A program made the position numbers and the translations under genes. Shown piece after piece: positions 16,501 to 26,359 of a stretch of 64,000 nt of DNA (the stretch's first letter is position 1; the number at the start of each line of letters is the position of its first letter). Where the stretch lies: the NCBI GenBank assembly GCA_938083505.1, contig CALKCF010000001.1, positions 1 to 64,000 of the forward strand, given 5' to 3'. The DNA is from an uncultured archaeon. Lineage in GTDB: Archaea > Thermoproteota > Nitrososphaeria_A > Caldarchaeales > Wolframiiraptoraceae. The notes under the pieces were generated by a model. The model saw nothing but the letters and a program-made list of their open reading frames with translations. It was not told where the DNA came from and did no database searches.

Positions 16501-17757
16501 ATGACTCAAAAAAAGAGCTCTATAGAGTTCTATAGGTTTAGGAAGTTGCTAAACGAGTTGGCAAGTAAAGAGGGTAAGGGTACAGAACTCGTGTCGATTT
16601 ACGTGCCGCCAGACAGGCAGATATCCGACGTTATTAACTATTTAAGGCAGGAATATGCTACAGCCGCCAATATTAAGTCTAAGACCACAAGGAAGAACGT
16701 TCAGGATGCCATCGAGAGGGCCATACAAAGGCTTAAGCTGTTCAGCGACGCTAAACCCAATGGCATAGCAGTGTTCAGTGGTGCAATTCCTCAGAATGGG
16801 CCTGGGACGGAAAAAGTTGAGGTATACCATGTGATACCCCCTGAGCCCATCAACACTTTCTTATATAGTTGCGATAGCAAATTCAGACTTGAACCGCTCT
16901 TCGAGCAGCTAAAGGAAAAGGATGTTTATGGAATAATAGTTATAGACAACGAGGAGGCAGCCGTCGCCATTGTCAAAGGTAAAAGGTTAGAAATTTCAAA
17001 AACATTCACTTCGGGCGTTCCAGGGAAGCATAGAGCAGGTGGCCAGTCGGCGAGGAGGTTCGAAAGGTTAAGGGAGCAGAACCTCAACGATTATTATAAG
17101 CGCGTCGCGGAACACGCTAACGAGATACTCCTATCTTATCCTGAACTACGAGCAATAATCGTCGCGGGACCTGGTCCAACTAAGGAGGCATTTTTAAAAA
17201 CTGGCTACCTCCACTACACTTTCAGGGACAAGACGTACGTTGTTGACACATCGTACTCAGGAGAGAGTGGCATAAGAGAAGCAATTGTTAAAGCCTCAGA
17301 GCAGCTAAAGGAATCTAGACTCGTAGAAGAAAAACAACTCATACAACGCCTGATGAGCGAGGCTGTATCCCAGAATGGAAAGGTGATTTACGGTGAGCAG
17401 GCTGTGAGGGAGGCTTTGAGGAGTGGAATGCTTGAAACGCTACTCATCTCTGAAGACTTGGACAGAGTCGAGGTAAGGGTCGAGTGTAGTAATTGCAGAT
17501 ACATCAAAACGGAGACACTAAGCAGCGACGAGGTTCAAGTGACGCTACCTAGCATTCTATCACAAAAGTGCCCATCGTGCTACAATCAAACACTTCAGGT
17601 AAAGAAGATCGCTCCCTTGATAGATGTCTTAATCGATGAGGCCGAGGAAAGCGGAACAAATGTCGAGTTAATATCTGGAGGGCATGAGGAAGGAGAGATG
17701 TTTAAGAAGGCATTTGGCGGGCTGGCTGGTTTCCTGAAAAGCAGGACAGGGACATAA
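16501..17757 (+). CDS. prf1: Peptide chain release factor aRF1
   Basis: GTELVSIY, TAANIKS (NIKS), YSCDSKF, GGQSARRFER; zinc-finger insert in domain 3. Confidence 0.97.
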   Translation: MTQKKSSIEFYRFRKLLNELASKEGKGTELVSIYVPPDRQISDVINYLRQEYATAANIKSKTTRKNVQDAIERAIQRLKLFSDAKPNGIAVFSGAIPQNGPGTEKVEVYHVIPPEPINTFLYSCDSKFRLEPLFEQLKEKDVYGIIVIDNEEAAVAIVKGKRLEISKTFTSGVPGKHRAGGQSARRFERLREQNLNDYYKRVAEHANEILLSYPELRAIIVAGPGPTKEAFLKTGYLHYTFRDKTYVVDTSYSGESGIREAIVKASEQLKESRLVEEKQLIQRLMSEAVSQNGKVIYGEQAVREALRSGMLETLLISEDLDRVEVRVECSNCRYIKTETLSSDEVQVTLPSILSQKCPSCYNQTLQVKKIAPLIDVLIDEAEESGTNVELISGGHEEGEMFKKAFGGLAGFLKSRTGT

Positions 17758-17776
17758 AAACGGCGCACGTCGTATG

Positions 17777-18028
17777 TTATTTCTTTTCTCCCTCGTGCTT
17801 CATCATACAACCTTCGCATGCGCTGTTTATGACGCGCCTTATATGCCCTGGTTTGGTCTTACAGCCACATTTGATGTAGATTATACCTTCTTCCTTACAC
17901 AATAGGTCACCACATTCGCAGACGGTAAAAACTATACCGCTGTACCCATTCACCAAAGAATCTAGATCCAGGTCTTTAGAGTAGCTACCGCGAAAGACGT
18001 AATACATATCTCCCAAAAATATCACCAT
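17777..18028 (-). CDS. Small Cys-rich hypothetical protein
   Basis: 83 aa with CECG, C, CGC and CEGC; fills the gap between neighbours. Confidence 0.5.
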   Translation of the reverse strand: MVIFLGDMYYVFRGSYSKDLDLDSLVNGYSGIVFTVCECGDLLCKEEGIIYIKCGCKTKPGHIRRVINSACEGCMMKHEGEKK

Positions 18029-18128
18029 TAATTAGGATCCAACACCTCTACTTTTAATCTTTATACAACATACGTGTTCTAATGTCTAGATTAGGGTTAT
18101 TATATACGCCCGAACACAGTTAAGCAGT

Positions 18129-18761
18129 ATGACTTGGGATTCGCTCATACCTACTGTGATTATTGTCTCGCTCTCCGGCGCACTCGCACCTGGTCCGCTA
18201 TTCTTTGCAACGGTTACTTATGGGATTAGAGGCGGAGCAAAGTCTGGCTTCATGGTTGCTCTTGGACATACCGCTTTTGAGTTCCCACTCGTCATTACCA
18301 TGGCGCTGGGCATCCTATCTGTGATAAACGTGACGCAACTCAAACCCTTCATAGGGCTCATAGGCTCTGTCGCGATAATGGGGTTTGGACTCTTACAATT
18401 AAGAGGTGCACTTAGGCAGGGTGTAACACTTAACGGAAACAAAAGCTTCAAGATCCCAACCAACGCCTTTTTGGTGGGTTTACTCTTCACAGGGCTGAAT
18501 CCTTTCTTTATAATTTGGTGGTTTACGGTAGGCATGAAACTCGTATTCGACTCGTTACTACTTGCATCCTTAATAGGTGTCTGTGTGATGTACGCGTCGC
18601 ATGTCTGGATAGATTATGCTTGGCTCGCATTTGTTTCACAACTCGCAAATAAAGCATCAAATTTCATCAAAGGAAGGTGGATGAGGATGCTGATTATATC
18701 CCTGAGTATTATACTGATAGCCTTGGGAGCATTCATACTAGTAAACGTTTTATTGGGTTGA
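18129..18761 (+). CDS. LysE-family exporter
   Basis: SLSGALAPGPL, LGHTAFE, LNPFFIIWW.TVG. Confidence 0.9.
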   Translation: MTWDSLIPTVIIVSLSGALAPGPLFFATVTYGIRGGAKSGFMVALGHTAFEFPLVITMALGILSVINVTQLKPFIGLIGSVAIMGFGLLQLRGALRQGVTLNGNKSFKIPTNAFLVGLLFTGLNPFFIIWWFTVGMKLVFDSLLLASLIGVCVMYASHVWIDYAWLAFVSQLANKASNFIKGRWMRMLIISLSIILIALGAFILVNVLLG

Positions 18762-18802
18762 ACATAGGCTAAGCATAAATCCACCTATGTTTATTTAACT
18801 TC

Positions 18803-19120
18803 TTGAAGACCATGCTACATCCTGACCTTATAGTGATACTCATCGCATTTATAGCAACGACTTCGGCGCTTATTGTTGTTTATGTTATGCGGGTTTACAA
18901 GGCTAAGCAAAACGTTGAGGATAGGTCCGTACTCAATCCCGACAATGTCAAAGTTACTTTACCCGAGGTGAAGTTAAAGGACACTGAAGGGCTGCGTACA
19001 ACTATACTTGAGTTTAAAGGTAGAAAAAACTCGGAGGTGGAAGAACTTTTTGAGAGACTTAATATGACGAAAGAATCTCTCAAGAAGCTTATGGAGGAAT
19101 TGGATGATGCAAACCGCTAG
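18803..19120 (+). CDS. Membrane-anchored hypothetical protein
   Basis: N-terminal TM helix and C-terminal coiled coil; overlaps rpiA. Confidence 0.6.
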   Translation: MKTMLHPDLIVILIAFIATTSALIVVYVMRVYKAKQNVEDRSVLNPDNVKVTLPEVKLKDTEGLRTTILEFKGRKNSEVEELFERLNMTKESLKKLMEELDDANR

Positions 19121-19814
19121 CGACGATAGGATATTAAATGCTAGGATAGCAGCGATCACAGACGTTCTATCTAAGGAGATATATGATGAAATGATCATCG
19201 GCATAGGTAGCGGATCGACAATCGAGATGTTGCTCAAGGAGCTGGGAAAGTTTGTGAAAGAAAGGAGCTTAAATATAGTCGTCATTCCGTCCTCATACCG
19301 CTCGCACATGTTGGCCGTCGCTGAGGGGTTGAGGACGGCGACGCTTTATGAATACAGCGATCTTGACCTAACAATTGACAGTTTTGACGAGGCAGATGAA
19401 GAAAACAACGTAATCAAAGGCGGGGGTGCAGCATTAACTAGAGAGAAGGTAATCGCCCAAGCTGCTAGCCGCGTGGTTTACGTCGCAGATTATGCAAAGA
19501 TGAAGAAGATCCTCAGCATGCCTGTACCGCTTGAGGTGCTTCCCTTCGCTCTACCGCATGTTAAGAACACTGTTAAGAGACTTGGCGGCGAACTCAAGCC
19601 CAGATATGGCACTGGAAAGTTCGGGCCGGTATTCTCCGATAACGGGAACATGATAGCAGATGCCGATTTTGGTGAATTGAAAGACCCACGGAGACTTGAG
19701 GTAGAGCTTAAGCAAATAGCAGGCGTTATCGAGAACGGAATCTTTGCAAACATTTGTCACATGACATACATAGGGCAGCAGGACGGTACGGTGAAGAGAA
19801 TAGAATGGAAGTAG
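19104..19814 (+). CDS. rpiA: Ribose-5-phosphate isomerase A
   Basis: GIGSGST, IDSFDE (DGADE-like), IKGGGAALTREK, SDNGN, GVIENGIF. Confidence 0.95.
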   Translation: MMQTASDDRILNARIAAITDVLSKEIYDEMIIGIGSGSTIEMLLKELGKFVKERSLNIVVIPSSYRSHMLAVAEGLRTATLYEYSDLDLTIDSFDEADEENNVIKGGGAALTREKVIAQAASRVVYVADYAKMKKILSMPVPLEVLPFALPHVKNTVKRLGGELKPRYGTGKFGPVFSDNGNMIADADFGELKDPRRLEVELKQIAGVIENGIFANICHMTYIGQQDGTVKRIEWK

Positions 19815-19876
19815 ACATAAATTTATTCCGGTTAGGAAATCGCTTATTAGGCGGTGAGTAGGATAAAGTAGACAGG

Positions 19877-19953
19877 GCCGCCGTAACTTAGCCTGGCCAG
19901 AGTGGGGGGCTCATAATCCCTTGGCGTGGGTTCAAATCCCACCGGCGGCACCA
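19877..19953 (+). tRNA. tRNA-Met(CAU), probably elongator, intronless, CCA encoded
   Basis: GCCGCCG/CGGCGGC acceptor, CTCATAA loop, GTGGG-TTCAAAT-CCCAC T-arm, 3' ACCA. Confidence 0.88.
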
Positions 19954-20032
19954 CTATTAGCCTACCAATAATGTAAACCTATAAATATAGGTTCTTAGTC
20001 TTGGAGTAGCAAATTTCGTAATGTTGCATTAG

Positions 20033-20236
20033 CTACGGTATCTTTACATCCTTGAACTTCTCGCTAGCCTGCTGCCCGGCTATGCCCCAATTTTCCATTG
20101 GGTCTTCATGGATTATGATCTCGACAGCTTCCGCAGGGATACCCAACGTTGTAAAAACCTTGGTTATACCCTCTATCACTTTTTTCTTTGCCTCACTTGA
20201 GAAACCTTTCCATACATATGTATGAACTACTGGCAT
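20033..20236 (-). CDS. 4-oxalocrotonate tautomerase family protein
   Basis: N-terminal Pro after Met, 67 aa, EAVEIIIHE.PMENWGIAG. Confidence 0.9.
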   Translation of the reverse strand: MPVVHTYVWKGFSSEAKKKVIEGITKVFTTLGIPAEAVEIIIHEDPMENWGIAGQQASEKFKDVKIP

Positions 20237-20375
20237 GATCCAGTCTATTGTTACAATATGAGGATTTGTATAAAAATTTTAGCTAAAATTCTGAAATTCG
20301 AAAATGGAAGAAAAGTCCGCAGATATCTATAACTAAAAAGAAAGATTTAATTAGCAACCCATCAACAAAATATTT

Positions 20376-22244
20376 TTGATGTCAGAGGTAATATTAAAAG
20401 TTGATTTAACGAAAGGAGCCATTACTAAAGAAACAATTGATCCAAATATTCTGAAAAAGTTCATGGGCAACAAAGGACTTGCCGCATACTACTTGTTTAA
20501 TGAGATACCGCCAAGAGTTCCTGCATTCAGTGCCGAGAATAAGGTAGCTATAATGTGTGGCCCCCTGATAGGTACTGTTGTACCTAGCTCTGTAAAGTTC
20601 TGTGTGGCAACAAAGTCGCCCCTTACTGGAGGTTGGACCGATGGGTACGCGAGCGGGACATGGGCTGATATGCTAAGGGCTGCGGGCTACTATGGTATAA
20701 TAATTGGAGGCATAGCTGAGAAGCCGACTTATCTTTACATAGAGGACGATAAGGTTGAGCTCCGCGATGCATCTGACATATGGGGTGCAAACACTTACGA
20801 AACGATAAGGTTATTGAAGGAGAGGCACCGCTCCGATATAGAGCCTAGAGTTTTGACGATAGGTCCTGCCGCTGAAAAGCTAGGGCTTATAACGACAATC
20901 ATAGCTGAGTACAGGGCTGCGGGCCGTGGTGGTGTCGCCAGCGTCCTAGGTTTTAAGAAGCTAAAGGCAATAGTCGTTAAGGGTCACAAGGAGGTAAAAG
21001 TTGCAAACCCAGAGAAACTAGAGGAAGCGGCAAAGGCTGCTAGGGAGAAGCTGATAAAGAACCCAATAACCGGTGCGAGAGGAAGGCACCAGCAGATGGG
21101 CACATCGAACATAGTGCTTGGTGTGAATGCGGCAGGTGCCCTTCCGACTAGGAACTTCCAGACAGGAGTCTTCGAATATGCAGAGGAGATAAGCGGTGAG
21201 AGCTTCAGGGACACACTGTGGATGGGAGGAAGTAGGAGGAGGCCATGTCCAAGGTGCATAAACCAATGCACACATCTTGCTGTCATAGAGTCCGGAAAGT
21301 GGGCAGGAATTGTGGACGAGGGACCTGACTACGAGAACCTAGTTATGCTCGGCTCAAACTGTGGTGTTGCAGACAAGAACACGATAGCGACAGCTGAGTT
21401 CCTCTGTGACGTCTACGGTCTTGATGGTATATCGGCAGGAAACACGATAGGCTTCCTGATGGAGTGCTTCGAGAAGGGCCTAATAACAAAGGAGGATACT
21501 GATGGCGTAAACCTTAGGTTCGGTAACGAGGATGCGCTAATAGAGGCGCTGATTAGGGGAGGGACCATCACAGGTAAGCTCGGCAAGCTCGTTGCAATGG
21601 GTGTAAGAAGGGCAGCAGATGTGATAGGCCAAGGATCGCAGAAGTTCGCGATGCATGTTAAGGGACTGGAGATGCCGGCTTACGAGCCTAGGGCTGCGTT
21701 CGGCATGGGACTTGCCTATGCAAGGTCAGATAGAGGTGCCTGTCACTTAAGACCGTGGACGTTTGGAGCAGAATGTCTGGGCCTTGCACCTAGAGAGGTC
21801 CCGTATTTACCGTACGATACGCAAGGAAAGGGTGCATGGGTCAAGACGTTGAACGATGTGTTTGCTACCGTACACTGCACCGGTGTCTGTCTGTTCATCG
21901 CTTTTGGCATAGATGCCGTTGAGGATATATTGCCGATGGTCAATGCTGCGACAGGTTTCAACTACACAACTGAGGAATACCTAAAGGTCGGAGAGAGGGC
22001 GAACAACCTGACGAGGGCATTCTGGTTCAGAGAGGTGAGCGACTTTGGAAGAGATTACGACACGTTACCATGGAGGTGCCTGCATGAGCCGCTACCGTCA
22101 GGCCCGGCAAAGGGTAAGACCGTTCCTCTGGAGCCGATGTTGAACGACTACTACAAAGCATCTGGATGGGATGCAAACGGCAAGCCGACGAAGGCTAAGC
22201 TACAAGAGCTTAGTTTAGACTTCGTTATCGATAAGATTTATTAA
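20376..22244 (+). CDS. aor: Tungsten-dependent aldehyde:ferredoxin oxidoreductase family protein
   Basis: TKSPLTGG, IGPA.E, RAAGRGG, KKLKAI, CPRC..C, GPDYE, CD.YGLD.IS, HVKGLE.PAYEPR, RGACH. Confidence 0.93.
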   Translation: MMSEVILKVDLTKGAITKETIDPNILKKFMGNKGLAAYYLFNEIPPRVPAFSAENKVAIMCGPLIGTVVPSSVKFCVATKSPLTGGWTDGYASGTWADMLRAAGYYGIIIGGIAEKPTYLYIEDDKVELRDASDIWGANTYETIRLLKERHRSDIEPRVLTIGPAAEKLGLITTIIAEYRAAGRGGVASVLGFKKLKAIVVKGHKEVKVANPEKLEEAAKAAREKLIKNPITGARGRHQQMGTSNIVLGVNAAGALPTRNFQTGVFEYAEEISGESFRDTLWMGGSRRRPCPRCINQCTHLAVIESGKWAGIVDEGPDYENLVMLGSNCGVADKNTIATAEFLCDVYGLDGISAGNTIGFLMECFEKGLITKEDTDGVNLRFGNEDALIEALIRGGTITGKLGKLVAMGVRRAADVIGQGSQKFAMHVKGLEMPAYEPRAAFGMGLAYARSDRGACHLRPWTFGAECLGLAPREVPYLPYDTQGKGAWVKTLNDVFATVHCTGVCLFIAFGIDAVEDILPMVNAATGFNYTTEEYLKVGERANNLTRAFWFREVSDFGRDYDTLPWRCLHEPLPSGPAKGKTVPLEPMLNDYYKASGWDANGKPTKAKLQELSLDFVIDKIY

Positions 22245-22265
22245 ATCCCCACCTTTTTATATTTT

Positions 22266-22562
22266 TTGGTGAAGAAAAATTTGGAGGCGGTAGCCGAGAA
22301 AGGGGAAGTTATTGTTAAGTTCATGGGTGTTTTGAGGGATACTGCAGGTCCAGAGATTATGGTGCCCATCAAGGGCAAATCAAGGATATCAGACGTTTTG
22401 CAGGATGTTCAGAAAAAGCTTGAACCCTTGATGGATAAAAACCTGTTGAGTAAAATATTGAAGTATTCTAGGCTCGTGCTGAATGGTGTCTATGCGCCCG
22501 ATGAGGCAGAGATAAAACCTGGCGACGTTTTGATGATAATAAGCCCTGCAGCTGGAGGATAG
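22266..22562 (+). CDS. MoaD/ThiS/SAMP ubiquitin-like protein
   Basis: Beta-grasp pattern with C-terminal PAAGG; directly follows aor. Confidence 0.88.
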   Translation: MVKKNLEAVAEKGEVIVKFMGVLRDTAGPEIMVPIKGKSRISDVLQDVQKKLEPLMDKNLLSKILKYSRLVLNGVYAPDEAEIKPGDVLMIISPAAGG

Positions 22563-22747
22563 TATAGTTCTGAATATACCAAGTATAGTGGGCTTTATTA
22601 GTTTAGCATGCAGGAAAAATTAGCATGATTTTGAACTAATTGTAGGTGGCATATAATACCATGGATTCAGAGCTCAAAATGGTACTCAATTAGCGTTTGA
22701 CGTATGCGTTAACAAACAGTAATATTAAGGAATTAAACTTTTGAATC

Positions 22748-23506
22748 ATGAGGGACATGCTCTGTAAAAATTACAGAATAGTACACATATCCGATACGCA
22801 CATCACAAAGCATGGCCAGTTTGATGAAAACGTATTTAATATGGGTCTCGAAGCGCTTGACATGCTCAGCCCGAAACCAGATATTTTAGTGCACACAGGA
22901 GATTTGACGGATAATGGCATCCTTCCAGACTATGAGTTGGCGGTGGATAAACTCAAATCTGTGAAGTACAGATACATAGTAGCACCGGGCAATCATGATG
23001 AAAGGAACTATGGCCATTCCCTATTCAAGGAGATGTTTGGATCGTTGGATTTCGAAGTGGATGACGAATTGGCAAAGTTCGTGGTTCTGAACTCACCAGA
23101 ACCTGATAGGGATGAAGGAAGGCTGGGAAGGCGCAGACAAGTTTATTTAGAAGAGATTCTGAAGTCAACGCCGGCAAAAAAATTAAAGGTCGTAGTTTTT
23201 CATCACCATCTAGTGCCCGTTCCTTACTCCGGAAGGGAAGTGAACGTTTTGGAAGACGCTGGCGATGTACTTGACATAATTATTCAAAACCGCGTCAACT
23301 TAGTGCTAATGGGACATAGACATGTAAGACATGCGATCAAGATAGAGGAGACAGTTCTCGTAAACGCAGGAACATTTTCATGCGTAAGGACGAGGGGGCA
23401 TTTTCTCCACTCATTTAACGTTATAGATATATTGAGCGATGGTACTATAAAAGTCTCGGAAGTTGACATAAGGACCAAGGAGGAGAGGCTGTTAAAGCGT
23501 TTTTAA
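22748..23506 (+). CDS. Metallophosphoesterase (CpdA-like)
   Basis: HISDTH, TGDLT, PGNHD, HHH, GHRH. Confidence 0.9.
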   Translation: MRDMLCKNYRIVHISDTHITKHGQFDENVFNMGLEALDMLSPKPDILVHTGDLTDNGILPDYELAVDKLKSVKYRYIVAPGNHDERNYGHSLFKEMFGSLDFEVDDELAKFVVLNSPEPDRDEGRLGRRRQVYLEEILKSTPAKKLKVVVFHHHLVPVPYSGREVNVLEDAGDVLDIIIQNRVNLVLMGHRHVRHAIKIEETVLVNAGTFSCVRTRGHFLHSFNVIDILSDGTIKVSEVDIRTKEERLLKRF

Positions 23507-23653
23507 AGCTGGTGCTTAGAAAATGAGAACCTCACGATATAGAACTTTATACTTCGCCCAGTAAGACGATTGTCTTTTTATGAAAGGAAGGTTTTTATTA
23601 GAATTCAGCAAACAAATTAAGGTTTAACAAAATGTAGTTGGAGGTCAAAAAAA

Positions 23654-26305
23654 GTGTACAATAAGATACGCATCGAGAAGGTAATCAAGAGGGATGGCAG
23701 AATCGTCGAGTTTGATACCAACAGAATATCAGAGGCAATTAGGAAAGCCATGGTTTCGACAAACCAGTATGACCCAAAAACCCATTCGGAAGTCTTGAAC
23801 TACGTTTTGAGACTATTAAACGAAAAGTTTGCTGACGGACGCATACCACACGTTGAGGAGATACAGGACATAGTTGAGCTTTCCCTCGTCAAGTTCGATT
23901 TATATGAAGTAGCGAAGGCCTACATCCTTTACAGAAAAGAGAGGGAGAGAATAAGGGAAGAAAAGAAAAAGATACTTGAAAAGGACTATGTCGATGAGGT
24001 CGATAAGGCATTCTCATTAAACGCTCTCAGGTTGATGGCGTCCAGGTATTTGCTTAGGGATGAGAGTGGCAAGCTAATCGAAGGCCCAAAACAGATGTTC
24101 CAAAGAGTTGCCGCCCTTGTTACGATACCTGACATCTTATATGATGAGCTGGTGTTCTCAAAAACAGGAGGTCAGAAGATCCGTGAAAAAGAGGACTTTA
24201 ACCCGTTAGAATGGACCAGTAAACTTGTATTGGAAACTGGAGATGGTGGACAGAAGATCGTTTGGAATGAATGGCATCTTGAACGCATGAAGCATCTTTA
24301 TGATGAACTTAACTCACAAGGAAAGATGAAAGTTAGTTGGAGTGAATTTCTCAAACTTTTCCAGAATGGTGCTTTTAAGCATGTTCTTAAAAACTTTGAA
24401 AATTATTACAATCTAATGGTTAGTAAAAAATTCATGCCAAACAGCCCTACATTATTTAACGCCGGTACAAGGTTAGGTCAACTTTCTGCATGTTTTGTCC
24501 TCGATATACACGACAACATAGAGTCGATAATGGATGCAGCCAAAGAGGCTGCCCTCATATTCAAGTCTGGTGGCGGGGTTGGCATAAACTACTCTAAGCT
24601 GAGGCCTGAGGGAGACCTTGTTTTCTCAACTTCTGGCGTTGCATCGGGTCCGGTATCTTTCATGAAGATAATTGATACCGTTACAGAAGTGGTTAAACAA
24701 GGAGGTAAGAGAAGAGGTGCCAATATGGGCATACTTGAGGTATGGCATCCTGACATAGAGAAGTTCATAAGTTCGAAGATGACCGAGGGGTACCTTGAGA
24801 ACTTTAACATATCAGTATTGATAACTCCGGACTTTTGGGAAAGTTACGAAGCTAAAAAACCGTACCCGCTGATAAACCCCAGGACGAAGACTGTTTGGAA
24901 GACTGTAGATCCTATCAGGCTTTTCAGGTCGATAGCCGAGGCTGCATGGAAGACTGCAGATCCTGGTGTGATTTTCTTAGAAAACCTAAACCGGAGAAAT
25001 CCGTTAAAGAAGTGTTTTAGTTACATAAGAGCTACGAATCCATGTGGCGAGCAACCGTTATATCCCTATGAATCATGCAATCTTGGCTCCATAAATCTAT
25101 ACGCTTTCGTACGTCATACACCCAATGGACCCGTATTAGATTGGGAAGAACTTTCTAAGACCGTAAGACTCAGCGTTAGGTTTCTGGACAATGTAATAGA
25201 CGTCAATAAATATCCTTTAGAAAGCATAGAGAAAATGACAAAAAGAACAAGGAGGATCGGCCTAGGGATAATGGGGCTGGCAGACACACTTTACGCGCTT
25301 AAGATTCCGTACAATAGCGAAGAAGGGTTTGCCATGATGAGTAGGATCATGGAGTTCATAGAATTCCACGCCATGTTGGAATCCGTTGAGTTAGCAAAAG
25401 AGAGGGGCACATTCCCAGAGTTTCAAAATTCGAGCTATGTGGACGGTGAGCTGCCAATAGAGGGATACTATCATAGGGAATGGTGGACATTGAACTGGGA
25501 GGAGGTTGCGATCGCAATAAAGAACCATGGAATAAGGAACTCTCACGTCACTACAGTCGCACCAACCGGCAGCATATCGATGCTTGTGGATACGTCTTCA
25601 GGTCTTGAGCCGCAGTTTGCTCTTGTCTTTGAAAAGAGAGTCACCGTCGGCACGTTCTATTACTGTGATGTTGAGTTTGAGAGGCAACTCAAAGATGCGG
25701 GGCTGTATAGTGATACCTTACTAAAAAAGGTTGCTGAAAATGGCGGATCGGTTCAAGGATTGGAAGAAATCCCAGAGGAGATGAGGAGAGTCTTTCTCGT
25801 TGCATACGACATACCTTGGTGGGACCATATTAGAGCGCAGTTTGAGATTAGTAAATGGGTCGATGCCTCCGTAAGTAAGACTATCAATATGCCGAGCTGG
25901 GTTACTTCTGACGACATTATGATGGCATATCTTTTCGCGTACAAGCTTGGGTTAAAAGGAATAACCGTGTATAGGGACTCCTCCAAAACGGCACAAGTAT
26001 TGGTTACACCGACGCAAAAGATGGAGAGGTATGTTGTTTTGACACCTAACAAGACTTTGAAGATCATGGAGGAGCTCGGGTTCAACGTCAATCAAATTCT
26101 GATGAAATACACTAAAGCAAATGCCGCATTTGAAAAAGTAAAACCAAAGCCTAAACCAGTGCACCTTCTCACAGTCCCTGAAAAGATAACGAGCATGAAG
26201 GAAAAAATAGAAAAATGTCCATCTTGCGGTAGCATTAATATCCTGTACCAAGAGACCTGTGTTAAGTGCATAGATTGCGGATGGAGCAGCTGCCCAATAG
26301 CGTAG
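23654..26305 (+). CDS. nrdJ: Class II (adenosylcobalamin) ribonucleotide reductase with ATP cone
   Basis: VIKRDG ATP cone, PNSPTLFNAG, LSACF, RRGANMG, TNPCGEQPL, CNLGSINL, TVAPTGSIS; C-terminal Cys cluster; no intein evident. Confidence 0.95.
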   Translation: MYNKIRIEKVIKRDGRIVEFDTNRISEAIRKAMVSTNQYDPKTHSEVLNYVLRLLNEKFADGRIPHVEEIQDIVELSLVKFDLYEVAKAYILYRKERERIREEKKKILEKDYVDEVDKAFSLNALRLMASRYLLRDESGKLIEGPKQMFQRVAALVTIPDILYDELVFSKTGGQKIREKEDFNPLEWTSKLVLETGDGGQKIVWNEWHLERMKHLYDELNSQGKMKVSWSEFLKLFQNGAFKHVLKNFENYYNLMVSKKFMPNSPTLFNAGTRLGQLSACFVLDIHDNIESIMDAAKEAALIFKSGGGVGINYSKLRPEGDLVFSTSGVASGPVSFMKIIDTVTEVVKQGGKRRGANMGILEVWHPDIEKFISSKMTEGYLENFNISVLITPDFWESYEAKKPYPLINPRTKTVWKTVDPIRLFRSIAEAAWKTADPGVIFLENLNRRNPLKKCFSYIRATNPCGEQPLYPYESCNLGSINLYAFVRHTPNGPVLDWEELSKTVRLSVRFLDNVIDVNKYPLESIEKMTKRTRRIGLGIMGLADTLYALKIPYNSEEGFAMMSRIMEFIEFHAMLESVELAKERGTFPEFQNSSYVDGELPIEGYYHREWWTLNWEEVAIAIKNHGIRNSHVTTVAPTGSISMLVDTSSGLEPQFALVFEKRVTVGTFYYCDVEFERQLKDAGLYSDTLLKKVAENGGSVQGLEEIPEEMRRVFLVAYDIPWWDHIRAQFEISKWVDASVSKTINMPSWVTSDDIMMAYLFAYKLGLKGITVYRDSSKTAQVLVTPTQKMERYVVLTPNKTLKIMEELGFNVNQILMKYTKANAAFEKVKPKPKPVHLLTVPEKITSMKEKIEKCPSCGSINILYQETCVKCIDCGWSSCPIA

Positions 26306-26359
26306 GTTAATTTTAATATTTAAGGTCTTTACGTAAAATTTTGTCGGGAGGGGCTGACT

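Noticed and set aside
23625-23640. NrdR-box-like TAACAAAATGTAGTTG before nrdJ
   Set aside because: A single imperfect match in AT-rich DNA with no properly spaced second box; NrdR presence in this genome is unknown.
23654-26305. Intein in the ribonucleotide reductase
   Set aside because: Length and catalytic motifs are contiguous, with no intein termini or LAGLIDADG motifs.
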